From: Vermamoeba vermiformis
Taxonomy: Eukaryota
Length of the DNA stretch: 64,000 nucleotides
Assembly (NCBI GenBank): GCA_045837725.1
Contig: JBEWZL010000235.1
Location: 310,001 to 374,000, forward strand
Reading direction: 5' to 3'
Positions 38,922 to 50,704 of this stretch are shown here, piece after piece (positions within the stretch are counted from its first letter, which is position 1; every line of letters starts with the position of its first letter). A program made the position numbers and the translations under genes. The notes beneath the pieces were generated by a model. That model was not told the DNA's origin, did no database searches, and worked only from the letters and a program-made list of their open reading frames with translations.

Positions 38922-40687
38922 ATGAACAAAGCCTGGATCCGTTTCTTGCTCGTCGTCCTCTGCGTCGGCGCAGTCTTTTCTCAATCTTGTCTCTATAGCG
39001 ACGGCACCACTGTTGCTGGCAAGACTGTCAATAGTCTTTGCAGCTGCTACTCTGGCTACTTTGGTGCCAACGGCTACGCCGACTGCACGCAAAAGGCTGA
39101 TTCGACCTGCGTCTTCAATCCTGCTCCTCAAAACCTCCAGACTGGCTACATTCCCAAGCTCGACGAACAAGCCTCTGGTGCCAACAATGGTGAAATTACT
39201 CTCGTGATCCGCTCTCCTCTCGTCACTAACCGTATGGATGCTGCTATCTCCTTCCAAAACGGCGATGCTAGCTGCTCGTACCCTGGCAACTTGTGGGTCA
39301 AGAGCATCACCCAATGCGAGGATTCCTTCACCATTGTTATGCCCATGTCCTCTGCTGCCCTCTGCGGTTGGACTCGTGATGAAGATGCTACTTACAGCTA
39401 CATGCGATCCATCTTGACTGTTTCCCAATACGACAACCTCGCTCTCCGTGGTGACCCCGTCGTTCGTACCACACAATCCATCATCCGTGTTGAGGTTAGA
39501 TTCCCCAAGAGAATCACTGTAAGTACTCTGCATTTTTCTTCCGATCCGCTTACGAAATTTCTCCGCGGATCTGTACTCCATAAATTTAATTTTTTACTAA
39601 TGTAATACGCAATAGGTTACCTCTGAAATCAGTGTTTTCAGCAGCGTCAACCTTTTGGCTGCGATCACGTTCCAAGCCTACGATCCCGTCTCTGGAACTG
39701 GTGCTCTCGAATACACGACCTCTTTGCAATATCCCTTCAAGATCTCCGACGTTATTGGCCTCATTGTAAGTACACTCGATAATAAGTACTCGGCGACTAG
39801 TACTCACGATATTAATCTCGTAGGTTCCTTCTCCCTTGGTTGCCAACTACACTTTGACCGATATTAACTGCCCTGATACACAAGGAGCTCCTTGCACTCA
39901 AAAGATCAGCCTCGTTTTGGTCCCCAACTCTGCTTGCAAGTTGAACGGTGACTACAACATCACCACCTCGCTCATCTGCCGTGGTGACCAAGCCGCTTGT
40001 CCTTTGGATGCCAACACCAACACTGCCTTGATTGCCTCCAAGGTCGTCTCTGAAGACTTCTGCCAGATTGTCCGCTTCGACATTGACCTCAACGGTGTTT
40101 TGGCTGTCTACCAAGATGCTCAACACACCACCCCCAAGACTGCTTTCTTGCCCTCGCAAACTGCTTTCTTCTTGGCCACTGTCTGGTCCACCAAGGCTAC
40201 CATCGTCTCTTCTTCCATCACTGACGTTGTCTACGCTCTTCCCGACGGCACTTCTCGCTCCCTCCTCGCCGCTGGTGACAACACTGCTCTCGCCAATGCC
40301 AACCAATTCGCCGTGACTCCTAACAACGCTACCTCTGAGGGCTTCCAATTCGTTGTGTCCGTCGGTCAAACCGCCAACGACATGTTCCCCGTCAACATTG
40401 ACGCCAACGCTCAATTCCAATTCAGCGCCACCATTGAAGTCGAATGGCAAGGACTCAACAGCCTCAGCACTGGCAAGCGTTTCGCTTTCAACTTTGCTCA
40501 GGCCAATGGTTTGCCTTCTGGCACTCAAGACAAGAAGTTCGACACCACCGTCGGTGTTACTCCTTTGAACAGCGTTGGTCAAACTCCTTCTGCCTCTGAG
40601 CCTTTGTCCAACCCTGCCTTCAGCAGCGCCTCCACTGCTGTCGTCTCCGTTCTCTCCGCCGTAGTTGCTTTGATCGCTTTGTTCTAA
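38922..40687 (+). CDS. Secreted, GPI-anchored cell-surface protein (EGF-like N-terminus plus beta-rich modules)
   Basis: Signal peptide, CSCYSGYFG, two introns, C-terminal SSASTAVVSVLSAVVALIALF*. Strong C/T third-position codon bias suggests high expression. Confidence 0.85.
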
Positions 40688-41028
40688 GCGACTTTTCAGC
40701 TCGGCAAGATCTGCAGTTTATATCGTCAATATTACGTGTTTCGACTATCCCCGTATTCGACACACTAAATTTGTAGTGTTAGGCAAATAAAGGTGATTAG
40801 CCAAACGAAAAGTCTCGTGATCTGTTCCCATTTCTGTGCGCGCGAAAAATCGAAGTAATTTTACAACGTCAAATTGTTCTGTAACGGTAAATTATTATCA
40901 TTGTCATGTTGTAACTTTAAGTCACGCCAATACTTTGCCAAGTTGTCTTGCCGAGCATATTCAATCGAATCTAGATCAGATTTCACATTGTGTTCGAGCC
41001 GGTTAAAAAAAACTAGTTTAGCATTACA

Positions 41029-42286
41029 ATGGACAAGAAAATGCAACAGGTAAACCAATGTCATCGAGTTTATTTTGTTAGCGCAACGGAAAATTCGACA
41101 TTTTACGCTTGGTGCGTATGTCAATTCCGCTGTTTTAATCGGATCTTGCCCCAATTCGTACTCAAAATATTCATAAAATTAAGTAATTAATAATCCGAAA
41201 TAATACTAATAATTGTTGATTTAGAGACCCAGAGACACTATTAAACCGATCGAAATTTTGACCAAAGTGCTCGTCGTCGGCGATAGTGGCGTTGGCAAAA
41301 GTAGCTTATTAAGGAGATATTTATTCAATCTATTCTCACAGACTTGGAAAGCCACAGTAAGCTAGATCACAAATCTGCATAATTTTTTAGATCTCGATAT
41401 TAAATTTTAAATTCGCTCAACTTGATAAATGTCATACGTGATTAATTTAAATTACATTTTATCATATTTAAATTCTATTCTTTAGATCGGCGTTGATTTC
41501 GGATCGAAAACTGTGGTCTGGGACAAATTCACAAAAGTTCAATTGCAATTCTGGGATATAGGAGGTACATATATATAATGCATATTGTATATTCTACTAT
41601 ACTTATTACTATAATGTCATATTAATGAATTTTGCAGGTCAAGAACGATTCAAAAATATGACACGAGTGTATTATAAAGACGCAGGAGCAGCATTTATTG
41701 TGTTCGATGTTACAAGGTACATATATATTTGATATTTAACTAGTATATCATTATAACGTGTCATTAGGCAATCAACATTAAGCGGTGTGGATAAGTGGCA
41801 AGACGATATTAACGAAAAAATTCAATTACCGAATGGAAAACTATTGCCGATAATTCTAGTTGCTAATAAGGTAATATTAAGCGCAATAATATCGTTTTTA
41901 TCCTATTACAACCTATTTGGCTCGTTTTGGATCCGCATGGATCTGGTCACTTTGCGTCTTTTACACGACGCTATTAATGCATATTATAAATCTAATTAAT
42001 ATAATCCGATTAGACCGACCTAGCACCTACCTGGTTAGACGATAATAAAGTGGAAATGAATAAGCTAGTCAAAGAAAAAGGCTTTGCTGGATGGGCAGCC
42101 ACATCCGCGAAAGACAACGAAGGCATTGAAGAAATGATTAATACACTCGTACAAAAAATATTAGATAATAGAGATGGTGTTCAGCATGTTAGTGATAGTG
42201 ATATTTTACATGTTACAGCAGAAGATGTGGATGCGGTAACGGAAACTGAAAACAAACCTGATAAGCGTTGTTGCATCGTGCAATAA
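41029..42286 (+). CDS. Rab32/38-like small GTPase, paralog A
   Basis: GDSGVGKS, WKATIGVDF, WDIGGQERF, TRVYYKDA, LPNGKLLPIILVANK, TSAK, C-terminal CCIVQ. Confidence 0.88.
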
Positions 42287-42344
42287 TAATAAGAAGAAAA
42301 AAAACTAATGTAATTGTACATATTTAATCATCCATTGTATATAG

Positions 42345-42587
42345 AATCATAAAAGCTGGAATACAACAATCCAACATCTTCGAGTTCGAACTGGATCCGA
42401 ACTACAAATTGCTTCGCTACGAAAAAGGTATGCCAACATCTTTTAATCAATGGCATTAACTATTGTATTTGATAGGTTGGCCTGATTACAGCACGCTTTC
42501 AAGTTCAAAACTTCTCGTGGATTCGCGAGCTGACTCAAAGTACCATCTCATATTAGCGCGCTCCGAAAAATCAATTGTGAAAGATCT
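42345..42587 (+). pseudogene. Orphan two-exon coding fragment
   Basis: AG|exon 42345-42427|GT..AG|exon 42476-42587|GT splices into one open frame (IIKAGIQQSNIFEFELDPNYKLLRYEKGWPDYSTL...) with no start exon or continuation visible. Confidence 0.4.
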
Positions 42588-43324
42588 GTATGTTGGGCAT
42601 TCCACTTCCTTTTGGTCTCTGTCGTACGTGTAAGTCAAACTGACCGGTTAGCGAAGTTCCAGTACGCGATCGGCTTTCTCTTTTTTTTGGCACTATTTGT
42701 CTTTTACTTTCGCCTCTAAGAATACATATATGCGTTGGAACCAATACGGTCATTATTCTAAACGATAATGGTCATCAACTCGCATACTTAGAACTATTAT
42801 ATTTATTTGAAGGCGCGTTTCAATCTTGACTTCGAGCTCCGTTACGTTGTAGGACAAAAAATGGACTATTACTAGTCAATTAATGCGTGCCTTGACGGAA
42901 AGATCCTTAACTATTAAGTGAACGACATATCCTGGGCAACTCAGGACTTTGGAAATTGTAATTTAGCCGAACACCGAAAGAGTCAACGCCAAACAAGAAT
43001 TGTTTCCGCGGAATCGTCCGACTTGTTCAATTACTTTTAGAAAAAGTGGTAGAATTTACAATCGAAATTGACGATTCTTCAATTGGAAGAAATTTCGAAC
43101 AGTTGAAATACGGAGCTCATTTGGTACACATACGAAGAGACAAACTTGGAGTTACCGCGTGTTATTATTCAACATGCGTATACGAACAAAGAAATGAAGT
43201 AGAATTGGTTTAAACTCCGATGTCTTGCGCAGATTCAGGGTTGGATCGGCGAACATAAAAACCGTTCGCAGTTTATTATTTTGATCAACAACCACCAAAC
43301 GACCTCAATACTCAACGCTTAGAG

Positions 43325-44044
43325 ATGAAGCAATCATACCTTCTTCTGTTTTGTGGATTATCGCAGTTGTTGCTCTTCGTCACTGCAAATCCACCAAATC
43401 CGTGCGCCGATCCGTCCAACTACAACTTGGTTGTGCCAATGAGAAGAACCACTACGACCAGCTCTAGCCTGTCCTTCCCTACCGGCACAACTTTGACCTT
43501 GGTTAATGGATGTTACACCCTTCAAATCTCTCCGTACAGTTTCTCCATCAGTCAGTCCACCCAAACTGATTCAACACCCTATGCAAACATTAATTTCAAT
43601 GCCTATTTATCCGACGCTTGTACTGGCATCAGCTTGTATCTCAGCGCCTACCAAACCTACTACTACCAAACGTTCCTAACTCTATCGAACAACTTGAATC
43701 AAGCGTCTTTGGCAGGAGTGTTTGCCTCCGGAACCGCATATACTAATGAAGGACCTGTTGGATTCAGTGTAAGCACTACTCCCGTTACTTTTGAAGGTCG
43801 TTCACCTGCACAATACAAATCCACGTACAGATCCGTCTATCGTACTGGATCTCAATGCAGAATTGATTACCAGAACAGCTACGGCAGCACTAACGACGCG
43901 TCAACGAATTCATTCACTCTTTCACTTACTCTGGACGGAATTCCTAATCCGATCGATTTCGTCGTGGCCTCAAATGTGAATGCAAGCGTCTCAACATCAA
44001 CCTACAGCAATACGTACCACCAATGCACTTGCTCTGGCGTGTAA
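43325..44044 (+). CDS. Secreted beta-rich variable protein, copy 1
   Basis: Intronless 239-aa ORF with signal peptide, ANPPNPC...YHQCTCSGV. Confidence 0.9.
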   Translation: MKQSYLLLFCGLSQLLLFVTANPPNPCADPSNYNLVVPMRRTTTTSSSLSFPTGTTLTLVNGCYTLQISPYSFSISQSTQTDSTPYANINFNAYLSDACTGISLYLSAYQTYYYQTFLTLSNNLNQASLAGVFASGTAYTNEGPVGFSVSTTPVTFEGRSPAQYKSTYRSVYRTGSQCRIDYQNSYGSTNDASTNSFTLSLTLDGIPNPIDFVVASNVNASVSTSTYSNTYHQCTCSGV

Positions 44045-44870
44045 TGGCTTTCGGTATCACCTATCTTCTTTCATTATTAATTTCTTGTTTTTACCTGCTT
44101 TTGTAGTCGTACACAAATAAACGAATCCGAATCTGGAATTTGATTCATGAAACAGTTCAAGAGCATCAAATTGACTTTTTCGCGTCTGTATTTACCAACC
44201 AACAACAGAAAGATCAATAATAAAACATCGCTCGACGTGGAATTCGTTAAAATTTGTAGATTGCGTACATACAACGTCAAATGCAGAAACAGAAAACTTG
44301 TTTAGTCAAGTTACTTCGAATTGCCGGGTAAAATCGGAGAATTACATTGGCGTTTTTGACGAGAAGAAATTTCGGACGATTGAATCTGATTTGCTCTTAT
44401 GAATAAAGAAAAACTCCGAGATAAACTTGGAGATATCGATCGTTGCTACATAACGACCATTAATGGAGCTGACTTTTACATAGATTCGATCTGAATGTCA
44501 ACGTTGTGCGGATGTGTCCGTCAGAGGAACCGAAATAGCCAACGCCAAACAAGAATTGTTTCGGGAATTGTCCGACTTATTCGAATTACTTTTAGAAAAA
44601 GCTGTAGAATGTAAATTGACGATTCTTCAACTGGAAGAAAATTCAATCGGTTTAACAACGAAGCTCTTTTGGTACAAATACGAAGGGAGAAAAACTTGGA
44701 GTTACCGCGTGTTATTATTCAACTTGAATATATGGACAAAGAAATGAAGTAGAATTGGTTTAAACTCCGATGTCTTGCGAGGTTCAGGGTTGGATCGGCG
44801 AACATAAAAACCGTTCGGTTTATTATTTTGATCAACAACCACCAAACGACCACAAAACTCAAAGCTAACG

Positions 44871-45593
44871 ATGAAATACTCATACCTGCTTTTATTTTGC
44901 GGATTATCGCAGCTGTTGCTCTTCGTCACTGCAAATCCACCAAATCCGTGCACCGATCCGTCCAACTACAACTTGGTTGTGCCAATGAGAAGAACCACTT
45001 CGACCAGCGCTAATGTGGCCCTCCCTACCGACACATCTTTGATTTTGACTAATGGATGCTACACCCTTCAGATCTTTTCGTATGGTCTCTCTGTTAGTCA
45101 GTACACCCAAACTGATACAACGCCGTATTCAACCATTTATTTCAATGCCTATTTATCCGACACCTGTACTGGAGGCTACGTGTATTTCTCCACCGGCCAA
45201 ACCTACTACTACCAAACGTTCCTAACTCTATCGAACAACTTGAATCACGCCTCTTGGGTAGGACTGTTTTTATCCGGATACGCCTATTCTAGTGATGGAT
45301 ATTATATTGGCTTCAGTATCAGTACTACTAGCGCTAATTTTGAAGGTCATTCACCTGCACAATCAAAATCCTCCTACAGAACTGTAAATCGTATTGGAAC
45401 TCAATGCAGAATTGATTACCAGACCAACTACGCCAGTAATATCGACGCGTCAACGAATTCGTTCACTCTTTCACTTACTCTGGACGGAATTCCTAATCCG
45501 ATCGATTTCGTCGTGCCCTCAAATGTGAACGCAAGCGTCTCAACTTCAAACGGAAGCAATACGTACCACCAATGCACTTGCTCTGGCGTGTAA
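44871..45593 (+). CDS. Secreted beta-rich variable protein, copy 2
   Basis: Intronless 240-aa paralog. Confidence 0.9.
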   Translation: MKYSYLLLFCGLSQLLLFVTANPPNPCTDPSNYNLVVPMRRTTSTSANVALPTDTSLILTNGCYTLQIFSYGLSVSQYTQTDTTPYSTIYFNAYLSDTCTGGYVYFSTGQTYYYQTFLTLSNNLNHASWVGLFLSGYAYSSDGYYIGFSISTTSANFEGHSPAQSKSSYRTVNRIGTQCRIDYQTNYASNIDASTNSFTLSLTLDGIPNPIDFVVPSNVNASVSTSNGSNTYHQCTCSGV

Positions 45594-46482
45594 TGGCCGT
45601 TGATTTTCCCACCATTTTCATTCATGCTTAGTTTCTTGATTTTACCTGCTTTTGTAGTCGGTACACAAATAAAATGAACTCGGATCTGGAATTCGATTCA
45701 TGAAACAGTGCAAATATCAAATTGACTTTACGCGTCTTTATTTAGCAACAACATAGAGATAATAAAAACATCGCTCGACGGAAATTTCCTCTGTTGAAAT
45801 TATAAGATCGCGTAAATACAACATCAAATGCCGAAACATCATTCTTGCTTTATTCAAGTGCTGCGAATTGCCTCTTATGAGCAGAAAACTGGAGATATCG
45901 ATCGTTTTTCTTAATGTCCATAATTGAGATGATCTTTAAATAGATCGATCAGAATGTCAAGGATCAGCTTTCGGATGTGTCCGAGGACGAACCATGAAAG
46001 TCGTAAACTGTCGTCAATTTGTATTACATTCAACAAACATTAAACAGCTCTGGTATCATGGGTGCCTGTCAAATCAATCATTGACTATTATTGAACGACA
46101 TAGCAGGGTAATCGCAAAACTTTGAAAATTGCAATTTAGCCGAACACCAAAATAGCAAACGCCAAACAAAGAATTGTTTCGGGAATTGTCCGACTTGTTC
46201 GAATTACATTTAGAAAAAGCTGTAGAATTTACAATCGAAATTGACGTATTCTTCAACGGATGAAAATTCGCTCAGTTGTACCACGGAGCTCCTTCGGTAC
46301 ACATACGAAGAGAGATAAACTTGGAGTTACCACGGGTTGTTATTCTACATCCATATGCAAAGAAAGAAATGAAGTAGAATTGGGTCAAAGTCCGATGTCT
46401 TGCGAGAGCAACCATAAAAGCCGTTCGCATTTTATTATGTTGATCAACAACCACCAAACGACCTCAAGACTCAACGCTTACG

Positions 46483-47208
46483 ATGAACTACTCATATTTG
46501 CTTCTATTTTGCGGATTATCACAGTTGTTACTCTTCGTCGCTGCAAATCCACCAAATCCAAATCCGTGCACCGATCCGTCCAACTACAACTTGGTTGTAC
46601 CAATGAGAAGAACTACTTCGACCGGTACTAGTGTGGCCCTCCCTACCGATACATCTTTGACTTTGGTTAATGGATGTTACAGCCTTCAAATCTTTCCGTA
46701 CGGTCTCTCTGTCCTTCAGACCACCTTCTCTGATACAAAGCCAGAGGCAAACCTTTATTTCAATGCCTTTTTAACCAACACTTGTACTGGAAGCACCGCG
46801 TATTTTTCCACTGGCCATGTCTACTACTACCAAACGTTCCTCACTGTATCGAACAACGTTAATCAAGCCTCTTTGACAGGAGTGTTTTTCTCCGGATACG
46901 CCTATATTAGTGATGGATCTTATATTGGCTGCAGCATTAGTACTACTCCCGTTAATTTTGAAGGTCATTCACCTGCACAATCAACAAACAGTGGCAGGTC
47001 CGTTTCACGTACTGGCTCTCAATGCAGAGTTGTTTACCAGAACAACGGCATCAGTGATATAGACGTTTCAACGAACTCGTTCACTCTTTCAATTACTCTG
47101 GATGATAGCGCTCAGATTGATTTCCTTGTGCCCTCAAATGTGACTGCAAGCGTCGGAACATCAAACGGAAGCACTACTTTCCACCAATGCACTTGCTCTG
47201 GCTTCTAA
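46483..47208 (+). CDS. Secreted beta-rich variable protein, copy 3
   Basis: Intronless 241-aa paralog. Confidence 0.9.
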   Translation: MNYSYLLLFCGLSQLLLFVAANPPNPNPCTDPSNYNLVVPMRRTTSTGTSVALPTDTSLTLVNGCYSLQIFPYGLSVLQTTFSDTKPEANLYFNAFLTNTCTGSTAYFSTGHVYYYQTFLTVSNNVNQASLTGVFFSGYAYISDGSYIGCSISTTPVNFEGHSPAQSTNSGRSVSRTGSQCRVVYQNNGISDIDVSTNSFTLSITLDDSAQIDFLVPSNVTASVGTSNGSTTFHQCTCSGF

Positions 47209-47458
47209 TGGCTTTTCGTATCATCGCCTATGCTCTTTCATGCTTAATTTCTTGTTTTTACCTTCTTTTGTAGTCGGTACCACAAATAAAATGAATTCGG
47301 ATCTGGAATTCGGTTCATGAAACAGTGCAAATATCCAATTACGCGTCTTTATATAGCAACAACAGAAAGATAATTAAAGCATCGCTCGACGGAAATTTCC
47401 TCTTTTGAAATTGTAACATCGCATAAATACAACATCAAATGCCGAAACATCATTCTCG

Positions 47459-47825
47459 CACTTGGAGTTTTTTTATCAACCAAAAAACGTATTTTGAAAT
47501 TTCGCCCTTTCTGCTAACATTACAATGCGGGCGCTTTTGAAATTTTAAAAGCAATACGGTTTTTGGTCAATCCCCGACCGCCCCGCAGACGCTCTCCCAC
47601 ACCAAGAACATACCAAGGACCTCAAAGGGGGAGGGCTACGCGACTATTTCACCGTAGGTCTTTGATCCGAATCCGCTAATTCGGCTTGACGACACCAAAT
47701 AATTAAATTAAGGGGTAAAATATTCTATACTAGGGTCCATTCTCGTAGGATTTGTTTTTTCCCGGCGAAAATCGCTCTTCTACGGGAGGAAATCGGTTTG
47801 ACCAAAAAACGTATCGCTCCAAGTG
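47459..47825. mobile_element. 367-bp MITE-like insertion with CACTTGGAG/CTCCAAGTG termini
   Basis: Absent from the paralogous spacer: unit 2 reads CATTCTTG|CTTTATTCAAG, while unit 3 reads CATTCTCG[insert]TTTTATTCAAG. 9-bp perfect TIR. Subterminal ACCAAAAAACGTAT repeats. Confidence 0.8.
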
Positions 47826-48382
47826 TTTTATTCAAGTGCTGCGAATTGCCTCTTAGAATAGACTGCTTTTTAATGTACGTTGTGCGGTTGCGTCCGAGGG
47901 CACAATGAAAGTCGCAAAATTTTGTCAATTTGATTATTTTTTATCATGAATGCTTGTCAATTGAAAGATCATTAACTACTATTATTGAACGACATATCCT
48001 GGGCAACTCAGGACTTTGAAAATTGGAATTTAGCAGAACGCCAAAATAGCAAACGCCAAACAAAGAATCGTTTCGGGAATCGTCCGACTTGTTCGAATTA
48101 TATTTAGAAAATGATAGAATCGAAATTGACGATTCTTCAACTGTATGAAAACTCGCTCAGCTGTCAGGCGGATCCTTTGGAACAAATACGAAGAGAGAAA
48201 ACAAACTTGGAGTTACCACGTGTTATTATTATGCGTCCATATGCGAAGAAAGAAATGAGGTAGAATTGGTTCAAACTTCGCTGTCTTGCGCAGATTCAGG
48301 GTTGGATCGCAACCAGCAACCCGTTCGCAGTTTATTGTTCGATCAACAATCACCAAACGACCTCAAGACTCAACGCTTAGAA

Positions 48383-49108
48383 ATGAACAATTTATTTCTG
48401 CTTCTATTTTGCGGATTATCGCAGTTGTTGCTCTTCGCCACTGCAAATCCACCAAATCCAAATCCGTGCACCGATCCGTCCAACTACAACTTGGTTGTGC
48501 CATTGCGAAGAACCACTTCTACCAATTCTAATGTAGGCCTCCCTGTCGATTCAGCTATGACCTTGGTTAATGGATGCTACAGCCTTCAGATCTTGCAAGG
48601 CGGGTTCTATGTCAGTCAGACTACCCAAACTGATTCAGCGCCCTATGCAAACGTTAATTTCTATGGCTATTTAACCAACACTTGTACTGGAAGCTACGGG
48701 TATATCTACGCCACCAGCCAAAACTACTACTACCAAACGTTCCTAACTGTATCGAACAACGTGGATCACGCCTCTTTGCAAGGAGTGTTTGTCTCTGGAA
48801 CTGCCTATACTAATGAAGGAACTTTTGGCTTTAGCGTCACTACTACTCCCGTTAACTTTGAAGGTCATTCACCTGCAACATCAAAATTTGCTAACAGATA
48901 CGTCAATCGTCCTGGCTCTCAATGCAGAACTGTTTTTCAGTACAACGGCTTAACTAACAACGCTGTGACAACCAACACGTTCACTATTTCGCTTACTTTG
49001 GACGATAATGCTGCGATCGATTTCGTCGTGCCCTCGAATGTGACGGCAGGCGTCTCAACATCAAGCAACAGCAATACGTACCACCAATGCACTTGTAATG
49101 GCTTGTAA
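48383..49108 (+). CDS. Secreted beta-rich variable protein, copy 4
   Basis: Start placed at MNNLFLLLFCG by alignment with the other copies. Confidence 0.9.
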   Translation: MNNLFLLLFCGLSQLLLFATANPPNPNPCTDPSNYNLVVPLRRTTSTNSNVGLPVDSAMTLVNGCYSLQILQGGFYVSQTTQTDSAPYANVNFYGYLTNTCTGSYGYIYATSQNYYYQTFLTVSNNVDHASLQGVFVSGTAYTNEGTFGFSVTTTPVNFEGHSPATSKFANRYVNRPGSQCRTVFQYNGLTNNAVTTNTFTISLTLDDNAAIDFVVPSNVTAGVSTSSNSNTYHQCTCNGL

Positions 49109-49987
49109 TGATTTCCTATTTTCGTTCATGCTTAATTTCTTGTCTTTACCTGCTTTTGTAGTCGGTACACAAATAAAATGAACTCGGATCTGGAATTCGA
49201 TTCATGAAACAGTGCAAAGATGAAACGGCTCGATGGAAATTTCCACTTTGAAATTTTAACATCGCGCAAAGAAAAAGACAAACGCAGAAACAGCATACTT
49301 GTTTTAGACAAGTACTGCGAATTGCCTGGATCTTTTGGCGAGCTCGACGAGAAGAAAATTATGCGATTGAATCTGATTTGCTCTTATGAGCAGAGATAAA
49401 CTTGGAGATATCGATCGTTGTTGGTATCTGTAATTGAGATGATATTTAGATAGGTGGATCTTAATATCAACGTTTGGGGATGTGTCGAGGAACCTGAAAG
49501 TCGTTAACTTGTGCCAATTTGCATTACATTCAACAAGCAATCTACTGTGTTATCATGAATGTCTGTCAATTGAAAGATTATTTACTATTATTGAACGACA
49601 TAGCAGGGTAATCGCAATACTTTGAAAATTGCAAAAGAACCGAACTCCAAAATAGCCAATGCCAAACAAAGAATTGTTTCGGGAATCATCCGACTTGTTC
49701 GAATTCATTTAGAAAAATGGGAGAATCGAAATTGACGATTCTTCAACTGTATGAAAACTCGCTCAGCTGTCAGGCGGATCCTTTGGAACAAATACGAAGA
49801 GAGAAAACAAACTTGGAGTTACCACGTGTTATTATTATGCGTCCATATGCGAAGAAAGAAATGAAGTAGAATTTGTTCAAACTTCAATGTCTTGCGCAGA
49901 TTCGGGTTGGATCGCAACCATAAAAACACTTCGCAGTTTATTATTTGATCAACAACCACTAAACGACCTCAAGACTCAACGCTAACG

Positions 49988-50704
49988 ATGAAACGATCAT
50001 ACCTGCTTCTGTTTTGTGGATTATCTCAGTTGTTGCTCTTCGCCACTGCAAATCCACCAAATCCGTGCACCGATCCGTCCAACTACAACTTGGTTGTACC
50101 AATAAGAAGAACTACTTTCACCGGTATTAATGTGGGCCTCCCTGCCGATACATCTTTGACTTTGTTTAGCGGATGTTACAGCCTGCAGATCTTTCCGTTC
50201 GGTTTCAACGTAGGTCAGTCCGCCCAAACCGATTCAGCGCCCTATGCAAACGTTTATTTCAATGCCTACTTGTCCAACGGTTGTATTGGATTCAGCACGT
50301 ATCTCTATGCCAGCCAAAACTACAACTACCAAACATGGCTTACTGCATCGAACAACTTGAATCAAGCCTCTTTGACAGGAGTTTTTTTCTCCGGAACCTT
50401 CTATACTAATGAAGGACCTGTTGGATTTAGTGTCACTACTACTCCCGTTAATTTTGAAGGTCGTTCGCCTGCAACATCAAAATCCACGTACAGATACGTT
50501 AATCGTCCTGGCTCTCAATGCAGATTGGATTCCCAGAACAACTTCCTCAATAATAATGACGTTTCAACGAACTCGTTTACTCTTTCACTTACTTTGGACG
50601 ATAGTGCTCAGATCGATTTCGTCGTGCCCTCAAATGTGACTGCAATCGTCTCAACAGCAAGCAACAGCTATACTTACCACCAATGCACTTGCTCTGGCTT
50701 GTAA
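49988..50704 (+). CDS. Secreted beta-rich variable protein, copy 5
   Basis: Intronless 238-aa paralog. Confidence 0.9.
   Translation: MKRSYLLLFCGLSQLLLFATANPPNPCTDPSNYNLVVPIRRTTFTGINVGLPADTSLTLFSGCYSLQIFPFGFNVGQSAQTDSAPYANVYFNAYLSNGCIGFSTYLYASQNYNYQTWLTASNNLNQASLTGVFFSGTFYTNEGPVGFSVTTTPVNFEGRSPATSKSTYRYVNRPGSQCRLDSQNNFLNNNDVSTNSFTLSLTLDDSAQIDFVVPSNVTAIVSTASNSYTYHQCTCSGL

Noticed and set aside
38913-40582. Long antisense ORFs (also 24293-24940, 56388-58160, 27099-27419, 29058-29486)
   Set aside because: They are shadows of strongly biased codon usage or low complexity on the coding strand.
44514-44747. 77-aa ORF upstream of array copy 2 as a partner gene
   Set aside because: The homologous sequence in the other four units has indels that break the frame, so it behaves as non-coding upstream DNA.
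48266-48382. N-terminal extension of array copy 4
   Set aside because: It has a non-ATG start and aligns with the 5' non-coding region of the other copies.
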